The notes under the pieces were generated by a model. It was not told the DNA's origin. It worked only from the letters and a program-made list of their open reading frames with translations, and made no database searches. A stretch of 64,000 nt of DNA from Eledone cirrhosa (taxonomy: Eukaryota), in assembly GCA_964016885.1 (NCBI GenBank), contig OZ024740.1:6758001-6822000 (forward strand), given 5' to 3'. Made by a program: the position numbers and the translations under genes. Of this stretch, positions 40,801-55,800 are shown piece by piece. Every line of letters starts with the position of its first letter. Positions within the stretch are counted from its first letter, which is position 1.

Positions 40801-43800
40801 CAAAATACTGAGATCCTAAGGCTGTGTTTGTTAGAGACATTACCCCAGAATACTCAGATCATAATGCTGTATTTTTGAGAGACATTACCCCAAAATACTC
40901 AGATCCTCAGGCTGTATTTGTGAGAGACATTACCCCAAAATACTCAGATCCTAAGGCTGTGTTTGTGAGAGACATTACCCCAAAATACTCAGACCATAAG
41001 GCAGTGTTTGTGAGAGACATTACCCCAAAATACTCAGATCCTAAGGCAGTATTTGTGAGAGACATTACCCCAAAATACTCAGATCCTAAAGCAGTGTTTG
41101 TGAGAGACATTACCCCAAAATACTCAGATCCTAAGGCAGTGTTTGTGAGAGACATTACCCCAAAATACTCAGATACTAAGGCAGTTTTTGTGAGAGATAT
41201 TACCCGAAAATACTCAGATCCTAAGGCAGTGTTTGTGAGAGACATTACCCCAAAATACTCAGATACTAAGGCAGTTTTTGTGAGAGATATTACCCCAAAA
41301 TACTCAGATCCTAAGGCAGTGTTTCTGAGATACATTACCCCAAAATACTCAGATCATAAGGCAGTGTTTGTGAGAGATATTACCCCAAAATACTCAGATC
41401 CTAAGGCAGTATTTGTGAGAGATATTACCCCAAAATACTCAGATCCTAAGGCTGTATTTGTGAGAGACATTACCCCCAAATACTCAGATCCTAAGGCTGT
41501 GTTTGTGACAGACATTACCCGAAAATACTCAGATCCTAAGGCAGTGTTTGTGAGAGACATTACCCCAAAATACTAAGATCCTAAGGCTGTATTTGTGAGA
41601 TACATTACCCCAAAATACTCAGATCCTAAGGCAGTGTTTGTGAGAGACATTACCCCAAAATACTCAGATTCTCGAGCTCTATTTGTGATAGACATTACCC
41701 CAAAATACTCAGATCCTAAGGCTGTATTTGTGAGAGACATTACCCCAAAATACTCAAATTCTAAGGCTGTATTTGTGACAGACATTACCCCAAAATACTG
41801 AGATCCTAATGCAGTGTTTGTGAGAGACATTACACCAAAATACTCAAATCCTAAGGAAGAATTTGTGAGAGACATTACCCCAAAATACTCAGATTCTAAG
41901 GCTGTATTTGTGAGAGACATTACCCCAAAATACTGAGATCCTAAGGCTGTATTTGTGAGAGACATTACCCCAAAATACTCAGATTCTAAGGCTGTACTTG
42001 TGAGAGATATTACCCCAAAATACTGAGATCCTAAGGCAGTATTTGTGAGAGACATTACCCCAAAATACTGAGATCCTAAGGCAGTGTTTGTGAGAGACAT
42101 TACCCCAAAATACTCAGATCCTAAGGCTGTATTTGTGAGAGACATTAACCCAAAATACTCAGATCCTAAGGCTGTATTTGTGAGAGACATTAACCCACAA
42201 TACTCAGATCCTAAGGCTGTATTTGTGAGAGACATTAACCCAAAATACTCAGATCCTAAGGCAGTGTTTGTGAGAGACATTAACCCAAAATACTCAGATC
42301 CTAAGGCTGTATTTGTGAGAGACATTAACCCCAAATACTCAGATCCTAAGGCTGTATTTGTGAGAGACATTACCCCAAAATACTCAGATCCTAAGGCAGT
42401 ATTTGAGAGAGACTACCCCAAAATACTCAGATCCTAAGGCTGTGTTTGTGAGAGACATTACCCCAAAATACTGAGATCCTAAGGCTGTGTTTGTTAGAGA
42501 CATTACCCCAGAATACTCAGATCATAATGCTGTATTTTTGAGAGACATTACCCCAAAATACTCAGATCCTCAGGCTGTATTTGTGAGAGACATTACCCCA
42601 AAATACTCAGATCCTAAGGCTGTGTTTGTGAGAGACATTACCCCAAAATACTCAGACCATAAGGCAGTGTTTGTGAGAGACATTACCCCAAAATACTCAG
42701 ATCCTAAGGCAGTATTTGTGAGAGACATTACCCCAAAATACTCAGATCCTAAAGCAGTGTTTGTGAGAGACATTACCCCAAAATACTCAGATCCTAAGGC
42801 AGTGTTTGTGAGAGACATTACCCCAAAATACTCAGATACTAAGGCAGTTTTTGTGAGAGATATTACCCGAAAATACTCAGATCCTAAGGCAGTGTTTGTG
42901 AGAGACATTACCCCAAAATACTCAGATACTAAGGCAGTTTTTGTGAGAGATATTACCCCAAAATACTCAGATCCTAAGGCAGTGTTTCTGAGATACATTA
43001 CCCCAAAATACTCAGATCATAAGGCAGTGTTTGTGAGAGATATTACCCCAAAATACTCAGATCCTAAGGCAGTATTTGTGAGAGATATTACCCCAAAATA
43101 CTCAGATCCTAAGGCTGTATTTGTGAGAGACATTACCCCCAAATACTCAGATCCTAAGGCTGTGTTTGTGACAGACATTACCCGAAAATACTCAGATCCT
43201 AAGGCAGTGTTTGTGAGAGACATTACCCCAAAATACTAAGATCCTAAGGCTGTATTTGTGAGATACATTACCCCAAAATACTCAGATCCTAAGGCAGTGT
43301 TTGTGAGAGACATTACCCCAAAATACTCAGATTCTCGAGCTCTATTTGTGATAGACATTACCCCAAAATACTCAGATCCTAAGGCTGTATTTGTGAGAGA
43401 CATTACCCCAAAATACTCAAATTCTAAGGCTGTATTTGTGACAGACATTACCCCAAAATACTGAGATCCTAATGCAGTGTTTGTGAGAGACATTACACCA
43501 AAATACTCAAATCCTAAGGAAGAATTTGTGAGAGACATTACCCCAAAATACTCAGATTCTAAGGCTGTATTTGTGAGAGACATTACCCCAAAATACTGAG
43601 ATCCTAAGGCTGTATTTGTGAGAGACATTACCCCAAAATACTCAGATTCTAAGGCTGTACTTGTGAGAGACATTACCCCAAAATATTCAGATTCTAAGGC
43701 AGTATTTGTGAGAGACATTACCCCAAAATACTGAGATCCTAAGGCAGTGTTTGTGAGAGACATTACCCCAAAATACTGAGATCCTAAGGCAGTATTTGTG

Positions 43801-46800
43801 AGAGACATTACCGCAAAATACTCAAATTCTAAGGCAGTATTTGTGCGAGACATTACCCCAAAATACTGATATCCTAAGGCAGTGTTTGTGAGAGACATTA
43901 CCCCAAAATACTCAGATCCTAAGGCAGTATTTGTGAGAGACATTACCCCAAAATACTCAGATTCTAAGGCAGTATTTGTGAGAGACATTACCCCAAAATA
44001 CTGAGATCCTAAGGCAGTGTTTGTGAGAGACATTACCCCAAAATACTCAGATCCTAAGGCTGTATTTGTGAGAGACATTACCCCAAAATACTGTGATCCT
44101 AAGGCAGTATTTGTGAGAGACATTACCACAAAATACTGAGATCCTAAGGCAGTATTTGTGAGAGACATTACCCCAAAATACTGTGATCCTAAGGCAGTAT
44201 TTGTGAGAGACATTACCGCAAAATACTGAGATCCTAAGGCAGTATTTGTGAGAGACATTACCCCAAAATACTGAGATCCTAAGGCAGTATTTGTGAGAGA
44301 CATTACCCCAAAATACTCAGATCCTAAGGCAGTATTTGTGAGAGACATTACCCCAAAATACTGAGATCCTAAGGCAGTATTTGTGAGAGACATTACCCCA
44401 AAATACTCAGATCCTAAGGCAGTATTTGTGAGAGACATTACCCCAAAATACTCAGATCCTAAGGCAGTATTTGTGAGAGACATTACCCCAAAATACTGTG
44501 ATCCTAAGGCAGTATTTGTGAGAGACATTACCGCAAAATACTGAGATCCTAAGGCTGTATTTGTGAGAGACATTACCCCAAAATACTCAGATCCTAAGGC
44601 AGTATTTGTGAGAGACATTACACCAAAATACTCAGATCCTAAGGCAGTAATTGTGAGAGACATTACCCCAAAATACTGAGATCCTAAGGCAGTATTTGTG
44701 AGAGACATTACCGCAAAATACTGAGATCCTAAGGCAGTATTTGTGAGAGATATTACCCCAAAATACTCAGATTCTAAGGCTGTCATTGTGAGAGACATTA
44801 CCCCAAAATACTCAGATCCTAAGGCAGTATTTGTGAGAGATATTACCCCAAAATACTGAGATCCTAAGGCAGTATTTGTGAGAGACATTACCCCAAAATA
44901 CTCAGATCCTAAGGCAGTATTTGTGAGAGACATTACCCCAAAATACTCAGATCCTAAGGCAGTATTTGTGAGAGATATTACCCCAAAATACTGAGATCCT
45001 AAGGCTGTATTTGTGAGAGACATTACCCCAAAATACTCAGATCCTAAGGCAGTATTTGTGAGAGACATTACCCCAAAATTCTCAGATCCTAAGGCTGTGT
45101 TTGTGGGAGACATTACCCCAAAATACTGAGATCCTAAGGCAGTGTTTGTGAGAGACATTATCCCAAAATACTCAGATCCTAAGGCTGTATTTGTGAGAGA
45201 CATTAACCCAAAATACTCAGATACTAAGGCTGTATTTGTGAGAGACATTAACCCACAATACTCAGATCCTAAGGCTGTATTTGTGAGAGACATTACCCCA
45301 AAATACTCAGATACTAAGGCAGTGTTTGTGAGAGACATTACCACAAAATACTCAGAGCCTAAGGCTGTATTTGTGAGAGACATTACCCCAAAATACTGAG
45401 ATCCTAAGGCTGTATTTGTGAGAGACATTACCCCAAAATACTCAGATCCTAAGGCTGTATTTGTGAGAGACATTACCCCAAAATACTCAGATCCTAAGGC
45501 AGTATTTGTGAGAGATATTACCCCAAAATACTGAGATCCTAAGGCAGTATTTGTGAGAGACATTACCCCAAAATACTGAGATCCTAAGGCAGTGTTTGTG
45601 AGAGACATTACCCCAAAATACTCAGATCCTAAGGCTGTATTTGTGAGAGACATTAACCCAAAATACTCAGATCCTAAGGCTGTATTTGTGAGAGACATTA
45701 ACCCACAATACTCAGATCCTAAGGCTGTATTTGTGAGAGACATTACCCCAAAATACTCAGATCCTAAGGCAGTGTTTGTGAGAGACATTAACCCAAAATA
45801 CTCAGATCCTAAGGCTGTATTTGTGAGAGACATTAACCCCAAACACTCAGATCCTAAGGCTGTATTTGTGAGAGACATTACCCCAAAATACTCAGATCCT
45901 AAGGCAGTATTTGAGAGAGACTACCCCAAAATACTCAGATCCTAAGGCTGTGTTTGTGAGAGACATTACCCCAAAATACTGAGATCCTAAGGCTGTGTTT
46001 GTTAGAGACATTACCCCAGAATACTCAGATCATAATGCTGTATTTTTGAGAGACATTACCCCAAAATACTCAGATCCTCAGGCTGTATTTGTGAGAGACA
46101 TTACCCCAAAATACTCAGATCCTAAGGCTGTGTTTGTGAGAGACATTACCCCAAAATACTCAGACCATAAGGCAGTGTTTGTGAGAGACATTACCCCAAA
46201 ATACTCAGATCCTAAGGCAGTATTTGTGAGAGACATTACCCCAAAATACTCAGATCCTAAAGCAGTGTTTGTGAGAGACATTACCCCAAAATACTCAGAT
46301 CCTAAGGCAGTGTTTGTGAGAGACATTACCCCAAAATACTCAGATACTAAGGCAGTTTTTGTGAGAGATATTACCCGAAAATACTCAGATCCTAAGGCAG
46401 TGTTTGTGAGAGACATTACCCCAAAATACTCAGATACTAAGGCAGTTTTTGTGAGAGATATTACCCCAAAATACTCAGATCCTAAGGCAGTGTTTCTGAG
46501 ATACATTACCCCAAAATACTCAGATCATAAGGCAGTGTTTGTGAGAGATATTACCCCAAAATACTCAGATCCTAAGGCAGTATTTGTGAGAGATATTACC
46601 CCAAAATACTCAGATCCTAAGGCTGTATTTGTGAGAGACATTACCCCCAAATACTCAGATCCTAAGGCTGTGTTTGTGACAGACATTACCCGAAAATACT
46701 CAGATCCTAAGGCAGTGTTTGTGAGAGACATTACCCCAAAATACTAAGATCCTAAGGCTGTATTTGTGAGATACATTACCCCAAAATACTCAGATCCTAA

Positions 46801-49800
46801 GGCAGTGTTTGTGAGAGACATTACCCCAAAATACTCAGATTCTCGAGCTCTATTTGTGATAGACATTACCCCAAAATACTCAGATCCTAAGGCTGTATTT
46901 GTGAGAGACATTACCCCAAAATACTCAAATTCTAAGGCTGTATTTGTGACAGACATTACCCCAAAATACTGAGATCCTAATGCAGTGTTTGTGAGAGACA
47001 TTACACCAAAATACTCAAATCCTAAGGAAGAATTTGTGAGAGACATTACCCCAAAATACTCAGATTCTAAGGCTGTATTTGTGAGAGACATTACCCCAAA
47101 ATACTGAGATCCTAAGGCTGTATTTGTGAGAGACATTACCCCAAAATACTCAGATTCTAAGGCTGTACTTGTGAGAGATATTACCCCAAAATACTGAGAT
47201 CCTAAGGCAGTATTTGTGAGAGACATTACCCCAAAATACTGAGATCCTAAGGCAGTGTTTGTGAGAGACATTACCCCAAAATACTCAGATCCTAAGGCTG
47301 TATTTGTGAGAGACATTAACCCAAAATACTCAGATCCTAAGGCTGTATTTGTGAGAGACATTAACCCACAATACTCAGATCCTAAGGCTGTATTTGTGAG
47401 AGACATTAACCCAAAATACTCAGATCCTAAGGCAGTGTTTGTGAGAGACATTAACCCAAAATACTCAGATCCTAAGGCTGTATTTGTGAGAGACATTAAC
47501 CCCAAATACTCAGATCCTAAGGCTGTATTTGTGAGAGACATTACCCCAAAATACTCAGATCCTAAGGCAGTATTTGAGAGAGACTACCCCAAAATACTCA
47601 GATCCTAAGGCTGTGTTTGTGAGAGACATTACCCCAAAATACTGAGATCCTAAGGCTGTGTTTGTTAGAGACATTACCCCAGAATACTCAGATCATAATG
47701 CTGTATTTTTGAGAGACATTACCCCAAAATACTCAGATCCTCAGGCTGTATTTGTGAGAGACATTACCCCAAAATACTCAGATCCTAAGGCTGTGTTTGT
47801 GAGAGACATTACCCCAAAATACTCAGACCATAAGGCAGTGTTTGTGAGAGACATTACCCCAAAATACTCAGATCCTAAGGCAGTATTTGTGAGAGACATT
47901 ACCCCAAAATACTCAGATCCTAAAGCAGTGTTTGTGAGAGACATTACCCCAAAATACTCAGATCCTAAGGCAGTGTTTGTGAGAGACATTACCCCAAAAT
48001 ACTCAGATACTAAGGCAGTTTTTGTGAGAGATATTACCCGAAAATACTCAGATCCTAAGGCAGTGTTTGTGAGAGACATTACCCCAAAATACTCAGATAC
48101 TAAGGCAGTTTTTGTGAGAGATATTACCCCAAAATACTCAGATCCTAAGGCAGTGTTTCTGAGATACATTACCCCAAAATACTCAGATCATAAGGCAGTG
48201 TTTGTGAGAGATATTACCCCAAAATACTCAGATCCTAAGGCAGTATTTGTGAGAGATATTACCCCAAAATACTCAGATCCTAAGGCTGTATTTGTGAGAG
48301 ACATTACCCCCAAATACTCAGATCCTAAGGCTGTGTTTGTGACAGACATTACCCGAAAATACTCAGATCCTAAGGCAGTGTTTGTGAGAGACATTACCCC
48401 AAAATACTAAGATCCTAAGGCTGTATTTGTGAGATACATTACCCCAAAATACTCAGATCCTAAGGCAGTGTTTGTGAGAGACATTACCCCAAAATACTCA
48501 GATTCTCGAGCTCTATTTGTGATAGACATTACCCCAAAATACTCAGATCCTAAGGCTGTATTTGTGAGAGACATTACCCCAAAATACTCAAATTCTAAGG
48601 CTGTATTTGTGACAGACATTACCCCAAAATACTGAGATCCTAATGCAGTGTTTGTGAGAGACATTACACCAAAATACTCAAATCCTAAGGAAGAATTTGT
48701 GAGAGACATTACCCCAAAATACTCAGATTCTAAGGCTGTATTTGTGAGAGACATTACCCCAAAATACTGAGATCCTAAGGCTGTATTTGTGAGAGACATT
48801 ACCCCAAAATACTCAGATTCTAAGGCTGTACTTGTGAGAGACATTACCCCAAAATATTCAGATTCTAAGGCAGTATTTGTGAGAGACATTACCCCAAAAT
48901 ACTGAGATCCTAAGGCAGTGTTTGTGAGAGACATTACCCCAAAATACTGAGATCCTAAGGCAGTATTTGTGAGAGACATTACCGCAAAATACTCAAATTC
49001 TAAGGCAGTATTTGTGCGAGACATTACCCCAAAATACTGATATCCTAAGGCAGTGTTTGTGAGAGACATTACCCCAAAATACTCAGATCCTAAGGCAGTA
49101 TTTGTGAGAGACATTACCCCAAAATACTCAGATTCTAAGGCAGTATTTGTGAGAGACATTACCCCAAAATACTGAGATCCTAAGGCAGTGTTTGTGAGAG
49201 ACATTACCCCAAAATACTCAGATCCTAAGGCTGTATTTGTGAGAGACATTACCCCAAAATACTGTGATCCTAAGGCAGTATTTGTGAGAGACATTACCAC
49301 AAAATACTGAGATCCTAAGGCAGTATTTGTGAGAGACATTACCCCAAAATACTGTGATCCTAAGGCAGTATTTGTGAGAGACATTACCGCAAAATACTGA
49401 GATCCTAAGGCAGTATTTGTGAGAGACATTACCCCAAAATACTGAGATCCTAAGGCAGTATTTGTGAGAGACATTACCCCAAAATACTCAGATCCTAAGG
49501 CAGTATTTGTGAGAGACATTACCCCAAAATACTGAGATCCTAAGGCAGTATTTGTGAGAGACATTACCCCAAAATACTCAGATCCTAAGGCAGTATTTGT
49601 GAGAGACATTACCCCAAAATACTCAGATCCTAAGGCAGTATTTGTGAGAGACATTACCCCAAAATACTGTGATCCTAAGGCAGTATTTGTGAGAGACATT
49701 ACCGCAAAATACTGAGATCCTAAGGCTGTATTTGTGAGAGACATTACCCCAAAATACTCAGATCCTAAGGCAGTATTTGTGAGAGACATTACACCAAAAT

Positions 49801-52800
49801 ACTCAGATCCTAAGGCAGTAATTGTGAGAGACATTACCCCAAAATACTGAGATCCTAAGGCAGTATTTGTGAGAGACATTACCGCAAAATACTGAGATCC
49901 TAAGGCAGTATTTGTGAGAGATATTACCCCAAAATACTCAGATTCTAAGGCTGTCATTGTGAGAGACATTACCCCAAAATACTCAGATCCTAAGGCAGTA
50001 TTTGTGAGAGATATTACCCCAAAATACTGAGATCCTAAGGCAGTATTTGTGAGAGATATTACCCCAAAATACTCAGATCCTAAGGCTGTATTTGTGAGAG
50101 ACATTAACCCAAAATACTGAGATCCTAAGGCAGTATTTGTGAGAGACATTACCCCAAAATACTGAGATCCTAAGGCAGTATTTGTGAGAGACATTACCCC
50201 AAAATACTCAGATTCTAAGGCTGTATTTGTGAGAGACATTAGCCCAAAATACTCAGATCCTAAGGCAGTATTTGTGAGAGACATTACCCCATAATACTCA
50301 GATCCTAAGGCTGTGTTTTTGAGAGACATTACCCCAAAATACTGAGATCCTAAGGCAGTGTTTGTGAGAGACATTAGCCCAGAATACTCAGATCCTAAGG
50401 CTGTATTTGTGAGAGACATTAACCCAAAATACTCAGATCCTAAGGCTGTATTTGTGAGAGACATTACCCCAAAATACTGAGATCCTAAGGCAGTATTTTT
50501 GAGAGACATTACCCCAAAATACTGAGATCCTAAGGCAGTATTTGTGAGAGACATTACCCCAAAATACTCAGATCCTAAGGCTGTATTTTTGAGAGACATT
50601 ACCCCAAAATACTCAGATCCTAAGGCAGGATTTGTGAGAGACATTACCCCAAAATACTCAGATCCTAAGGCTGTATTTGTGAGAGACATTACCCCAAAAT
50701 ACTGAGATACTAAGGCAGTGTTTCTGAGAGACATTACCCCAGAATACTCAGATCCTAAGGCAGTATTTGTGAGAGACTACCCCAAAATACTGAGATCCTA
50801 AGGCTGTGTTTGTGAGAGACATTACCCCAAAATTCTGAGATCCTAAGGCTGTGTTTGCTAGAGACATTACCCCAGAATACTCAGATCCTAAGGCTGTATT
50901 TTTGAGAGACATTACCCCAAAATACTCAGATCCTAAGGCAGTATTTGTGAGAGACATTACCCCAAAATACTCAGATCCTAAAGCAGTGTTTGTGAGAGAC
51001 ATTACCCCAAAATACTCAGATCCTAAGGCAGTGTTTGTGAGAGATATTACCCGAAAATACTCAGGTCCTAAGGCAGTGTTTGTGAGAGATATTACCCCAA
51101 AATACTCAGATCCTAAGGCTGCATTTGTGAGAGACATTAACCCAAAATACTCAGATCCTAAGGCTGTATTTGTGAGAGACATTGACCCACAATACTCAGA
51201 TCCTAAGGCTGTATTTGTGAGAGACATTACCCCAAAATACTCAGATCCTAAGGCAGTGTTTGTGAGATACATTAACCCCAAATACTCAGATCCTAAGGCT
51301 GTGTTTGTGAGAGACATTAACCCCAAATACTCAGATCCTAAGGCTGTATTTGTGAGAGACATTACCCCAAAATACTCAGATTCTAAGGCAGTGTTTGTGA
51401 GAGACATTACACCAAAATACTCAGATCCCAAGGCAGTATTTGTGAGAGACATTACCCCAAAATACTCAGATCCTAAGGCAGTATTTCTGAGATACATTAC
51501 CCCAAAATACTCAGATCATAAGGCAGTATTTGTGAGAGATATTACCCCAAAATACTCAGATCCTAAGGCAGTGTTTGTGAGAGATATTACCCGAAAATAC
51601 TCAGGTCCTAAGGCAGTGTTTGTGAGAGATATTACCCGAAAATACTCAGGTCCTAAGGCAGTGTTTGTGAGAGATATTACCCCAAAATACTCAGATCCTA
51701 AGGCTGCATTTGTGAGAGACATTAACCCAAAATACTCAGATCCTAAGGCTGTATTTGTGAGAGACATTGACCCACAATACTCTGATCCTAAGGCTGTATT
51801 TGTGAGAGACATTACCCCAAAATACTCAGATCCTAAGGCAGTGTTTGTGAGAGACATTAACCCCAAATACTCAGATCCTAAGGCTGTATTTGTGAGAGAC
51901 ATTACCCCAAAATACTCAGATCCTAAGGCAGTGTTTGTCAGAGACATTACCCCAAAATACTCAGATCCCAAGGCAGTATTTGTGAGAGACATTACCCCAA
52001 AGTACTCAGATCCTAAGGCAGTATTTCTGAGATACATTACCCCAAAATACTCAGATCATAAGGCAGTGTTTGTGAGAGATATTACCCCAAAATACTCAGA
52101 TCCTAAGGCAGTGTTTGTGAGAGACATTACCCCAAAATACTCAGATCCCAAGGCAGTATTTGTGAGAGACATTGCCCCAAAATACTCAGATCCTAAGGCA
52201 GTATTTGTGAGAGACATTACCCCAAAATACTCAGATCCTCAGGCTGTATTTGTGGCAAACATTACCCCAAAATACTCAGATCCTAAGGTAGTGTTTGTGA
52301 GAGACATTATCCCAAAATACTCAGATCCTAAGGCTGTATTTGTGAGAGACATTACCCCAAAATACTGAGATTCTAAGGCTGTATTTTTGAGAGACATTAC
52401 CCCAAAATACTCAGATCCTCAGGCTGTATTTGTGGGAGACATTACCCCCAAATACTCAGATCCTAAGGTAGTGTTTGTGAGAGACATTATCCCAAAATAC
52501 TCAGATCCTAAGGCTGTATTTGTGAGAGACATTACCCCCAAAATACTCAGATCCTAAGGCAGTATTTGTGAGAGACATTACCCCAAAATACTCAGATCCT
52601 AAGGCTGTATTTGTGAGAGACATTACCCCAAAATACTGAGATCCTAAGGCAGTGTTTGTGAGAGACATTACGCCAAAATACTCAGATCCTAAGGCTGTAT
52701 TTGTGAGCGACATTACCCCAAAATACTCAGATCCTAAGGCTGTATTTGTGAGAGAAAATACCCCAAAATGCTCAGATCCTAAGGCAGTATTTGTGAGAGA

Positions 52801-55800
52801 CAATACCCCAAAATACTCAGATCCTAAGGCAGTATTTGTGAGAGACAATAACCCAAAATACTCAGGACCTAAGGCTGTATTTGTGAGAGACAATACCCCA
52901 AAATACTCAGATCAGAAGGCAGTATTTGTGAGAGACAATACCCCAAAATACTCAGATCCTAAGGCAGTATTTGTGAGAGACAATAACCCAAAATACTCAG
53001 ATCCTAAGGCAGTATTTGTGAGAGACATTACCCCAAAATACTCAGATCCTAAAGCAGTGTTTGTGAGAGACATTACCCCAAAATACTCAGATCCTAAGGC
53101 AGTGTTTGTGAGATACATTACCCCAAAATACTCAGATCATAAGGCAGTGTTTGTGAGAGATATTACCCCAAAATACTCAGATCCTAAGGCAGTATTTGTG
53201 AGAGACATTACCCAAAAATACTCAGATCCTAAGGCTGTAATTGTGAGAGACATTACCCCAAAATACTGACATCCTAAGGCTGTATTTGTGAGAGACCTTA
53301 CCCCAAAATACTGAGATCCTAAGGCAGTATTTGTGAGAGACATTACCCCAAAATACCCAGATCCTAAGGCTGTATTTGTGAGATACATTACCCCAAAATA
53401 CTCAGATCCTAAGGCAGTGTTTGTGAGAGACATTACCCCAAAATACTCAGATTCTAAGGCTGTATTTGTGACAGACATTACCCCAAAATACTCAAATCCT
53501 AAGGAAGAATTTGTGAGAGACATTACCCCAAAATACTCAAATCCTAAGGCTGTATTTGTGAGAGACATTACCGCAAAATACTGAGATCCTAAGGCAGTAT
53601 TTGTGAGAGACATTACCGCAAAATACTGAGATCCTAAGGCAGTATTTGTGAGAGACATTACCCCAAAATACTCAGATCCTAAGGCTGTCATTGTGAGAGA
53701 CATTAACCCAAAATACTCAGATCCTAAGGCTGTATTTGTGAGAGACATTACCCCAAAATACTGAGATCCTAAGGCAGTATTTGTGAGAGACATTACCCCA
53801 AAATACTGAGATCCTAAGGCAGTATTTGTGAGAGACATTACCCCAAAATACTCAGATCCTAAGGCTGTATTTGTGAGAGACATTACCCCAAAATACTCAG
53901 ATCCTAAGGCTGTATTTGTGAGAGACATTACCCCAAAATACTCAGATCCTAAGGCAGTATTTTTGAGAGACATTACCCCAAAATACTCAGATCCTAAGGC
54001 AGTATTTGTGAGAGACATTACCCCAAAATACTCAGATCCTAAGGCTGTATTTGTGAGAGACATTACCCCAAAATACTCAGATCCTAAGGCAGTATTTGTG
54101 AGAGACATTACCCCAAAATACTCAGATCCTAAGGCTGTATTTTTGAGAGACATTACCCCAAAATACTGAGATCCTAAGGCAGTGTTTATGAGAGACATTA
54201 CCCCAAAATACTCAGATCCTAAGGCTGTATTTGTGAGAGACATTAACCCGAAATACTCAGATCCTAAGGTTGTATTTTTGAGAGACATTCCCCCAAAATA
54301 CTCAGATCCTAAGGCTGTATTTGTGAGAGACATTACCCCAAAATACTGAGATCCTAAGGCAGTGTTTGTGAGAGACATTACCCCAAAATACTCAGATCCT
54401 AAGGCTGTATTTGTGAGAGTCATTAACCCAAAATACTCAGATCCTAAGGCTGTATTTGTGAGCGATATTAACCCAAAATACTCATATCCTAAGGCTGTAT
54501 TTGTGAGAGACATTAACCCAAATACTCAGATCCTAAGGCTGTATTTGTGAGAGGCATTACCCCAAATACTTTGATCCTAAGGCTGTATTTGTGAGAGACA
54601 ATAACCCAAAATACTCTGATCCTAAGGCAGTATTTGTGAGAGACATTACCACAAAATAAATACTCAGATCCTAAGGCTGTATTTGTGAGAGACATTACCC
54701 CAAAATACTGAGATTCTAAGGCTGTATTTTTGAGAGACATTACCCCAAAATACTCAGATCCTCAGGCTGTATTTGTGGGAGACATTACCCCAAAATACTC
54801 AGATCCTAAGGTAGTGTTTGAGAGAGACATTATCCCAAAATACTCAGATCCTAAGGCTGTATTTGTGAGAGACATTACCCCAAAATACTCAGATCCTAAG
54901 GCAGTATTTGAGAGAGACATTACCCCAAAATACTCAGATCCTCAGGCTGTATTTGTGGGAGACATTACCCCAAAATACTCAGATCCTAGGGTAGTGTTTG
55001 TGAGAGACATTATCCCAAAATACTCAGATCCTAAGGCTGTATTTGTGAAAGACATTACCCCAAAATACTGAGATTCTAAGGCTGTATTTTTGAGAGACAT
55101 TACCCCAAAATACTCAGATCCTCAGGCTGTATTTGTGGGAGACATTACCCCAAAATACTCAGATCCTAAGGTAGTGTTTGTGAGAGACATTATCCCAAAA
55201 TACTCAGAACCTAAGGCTGTATTTGTGAGAGACATTACCCCAAAATACTCAGATCCTAAGGCAGTATTTGTGAGAGACATTACCCCCAAATACTCATATC
55301 CTAAGGCTGTATTTGTGAGAGACATTACCCCAAAATACTGAGATCCTAAGGCAGTGTTTGTGAGAGACATTACGCCAAAATACTCAGATCCTAAGGCTGT
55401 ATTTGTGAGCGACATTACCCCAAAATACTCAGATCCTAAGGCTGTATTTGTGAGAGACAATACCCCAAAATACTCAGATCCTAAGGCTGTATTTGTGAGA
55501 GACAATACCCCAAAATACTCAGATCCTAAGGCAGTATTTGTGAGAGACAATAACCCAAAATACTCAGATCCTAAGGCAGTATTTGGGAGAGACATTACCC
55601 CCAAAATACTCAGATCCTAAGGCTGTACTTGTGAGAGACATTACCCCAAAATACTCAGATCCTAAGGCAGTGTTTGTGAGAGACATTACCGCAAAATACT
55701 CAGATCCTAAGGCAGTATTTGTGAGAGACATTACCCCAAAATACTCAGATCCTAAAGCAGTGTTTGTGAGAGACATTACCCCAAAATACTCAGATCCTAA

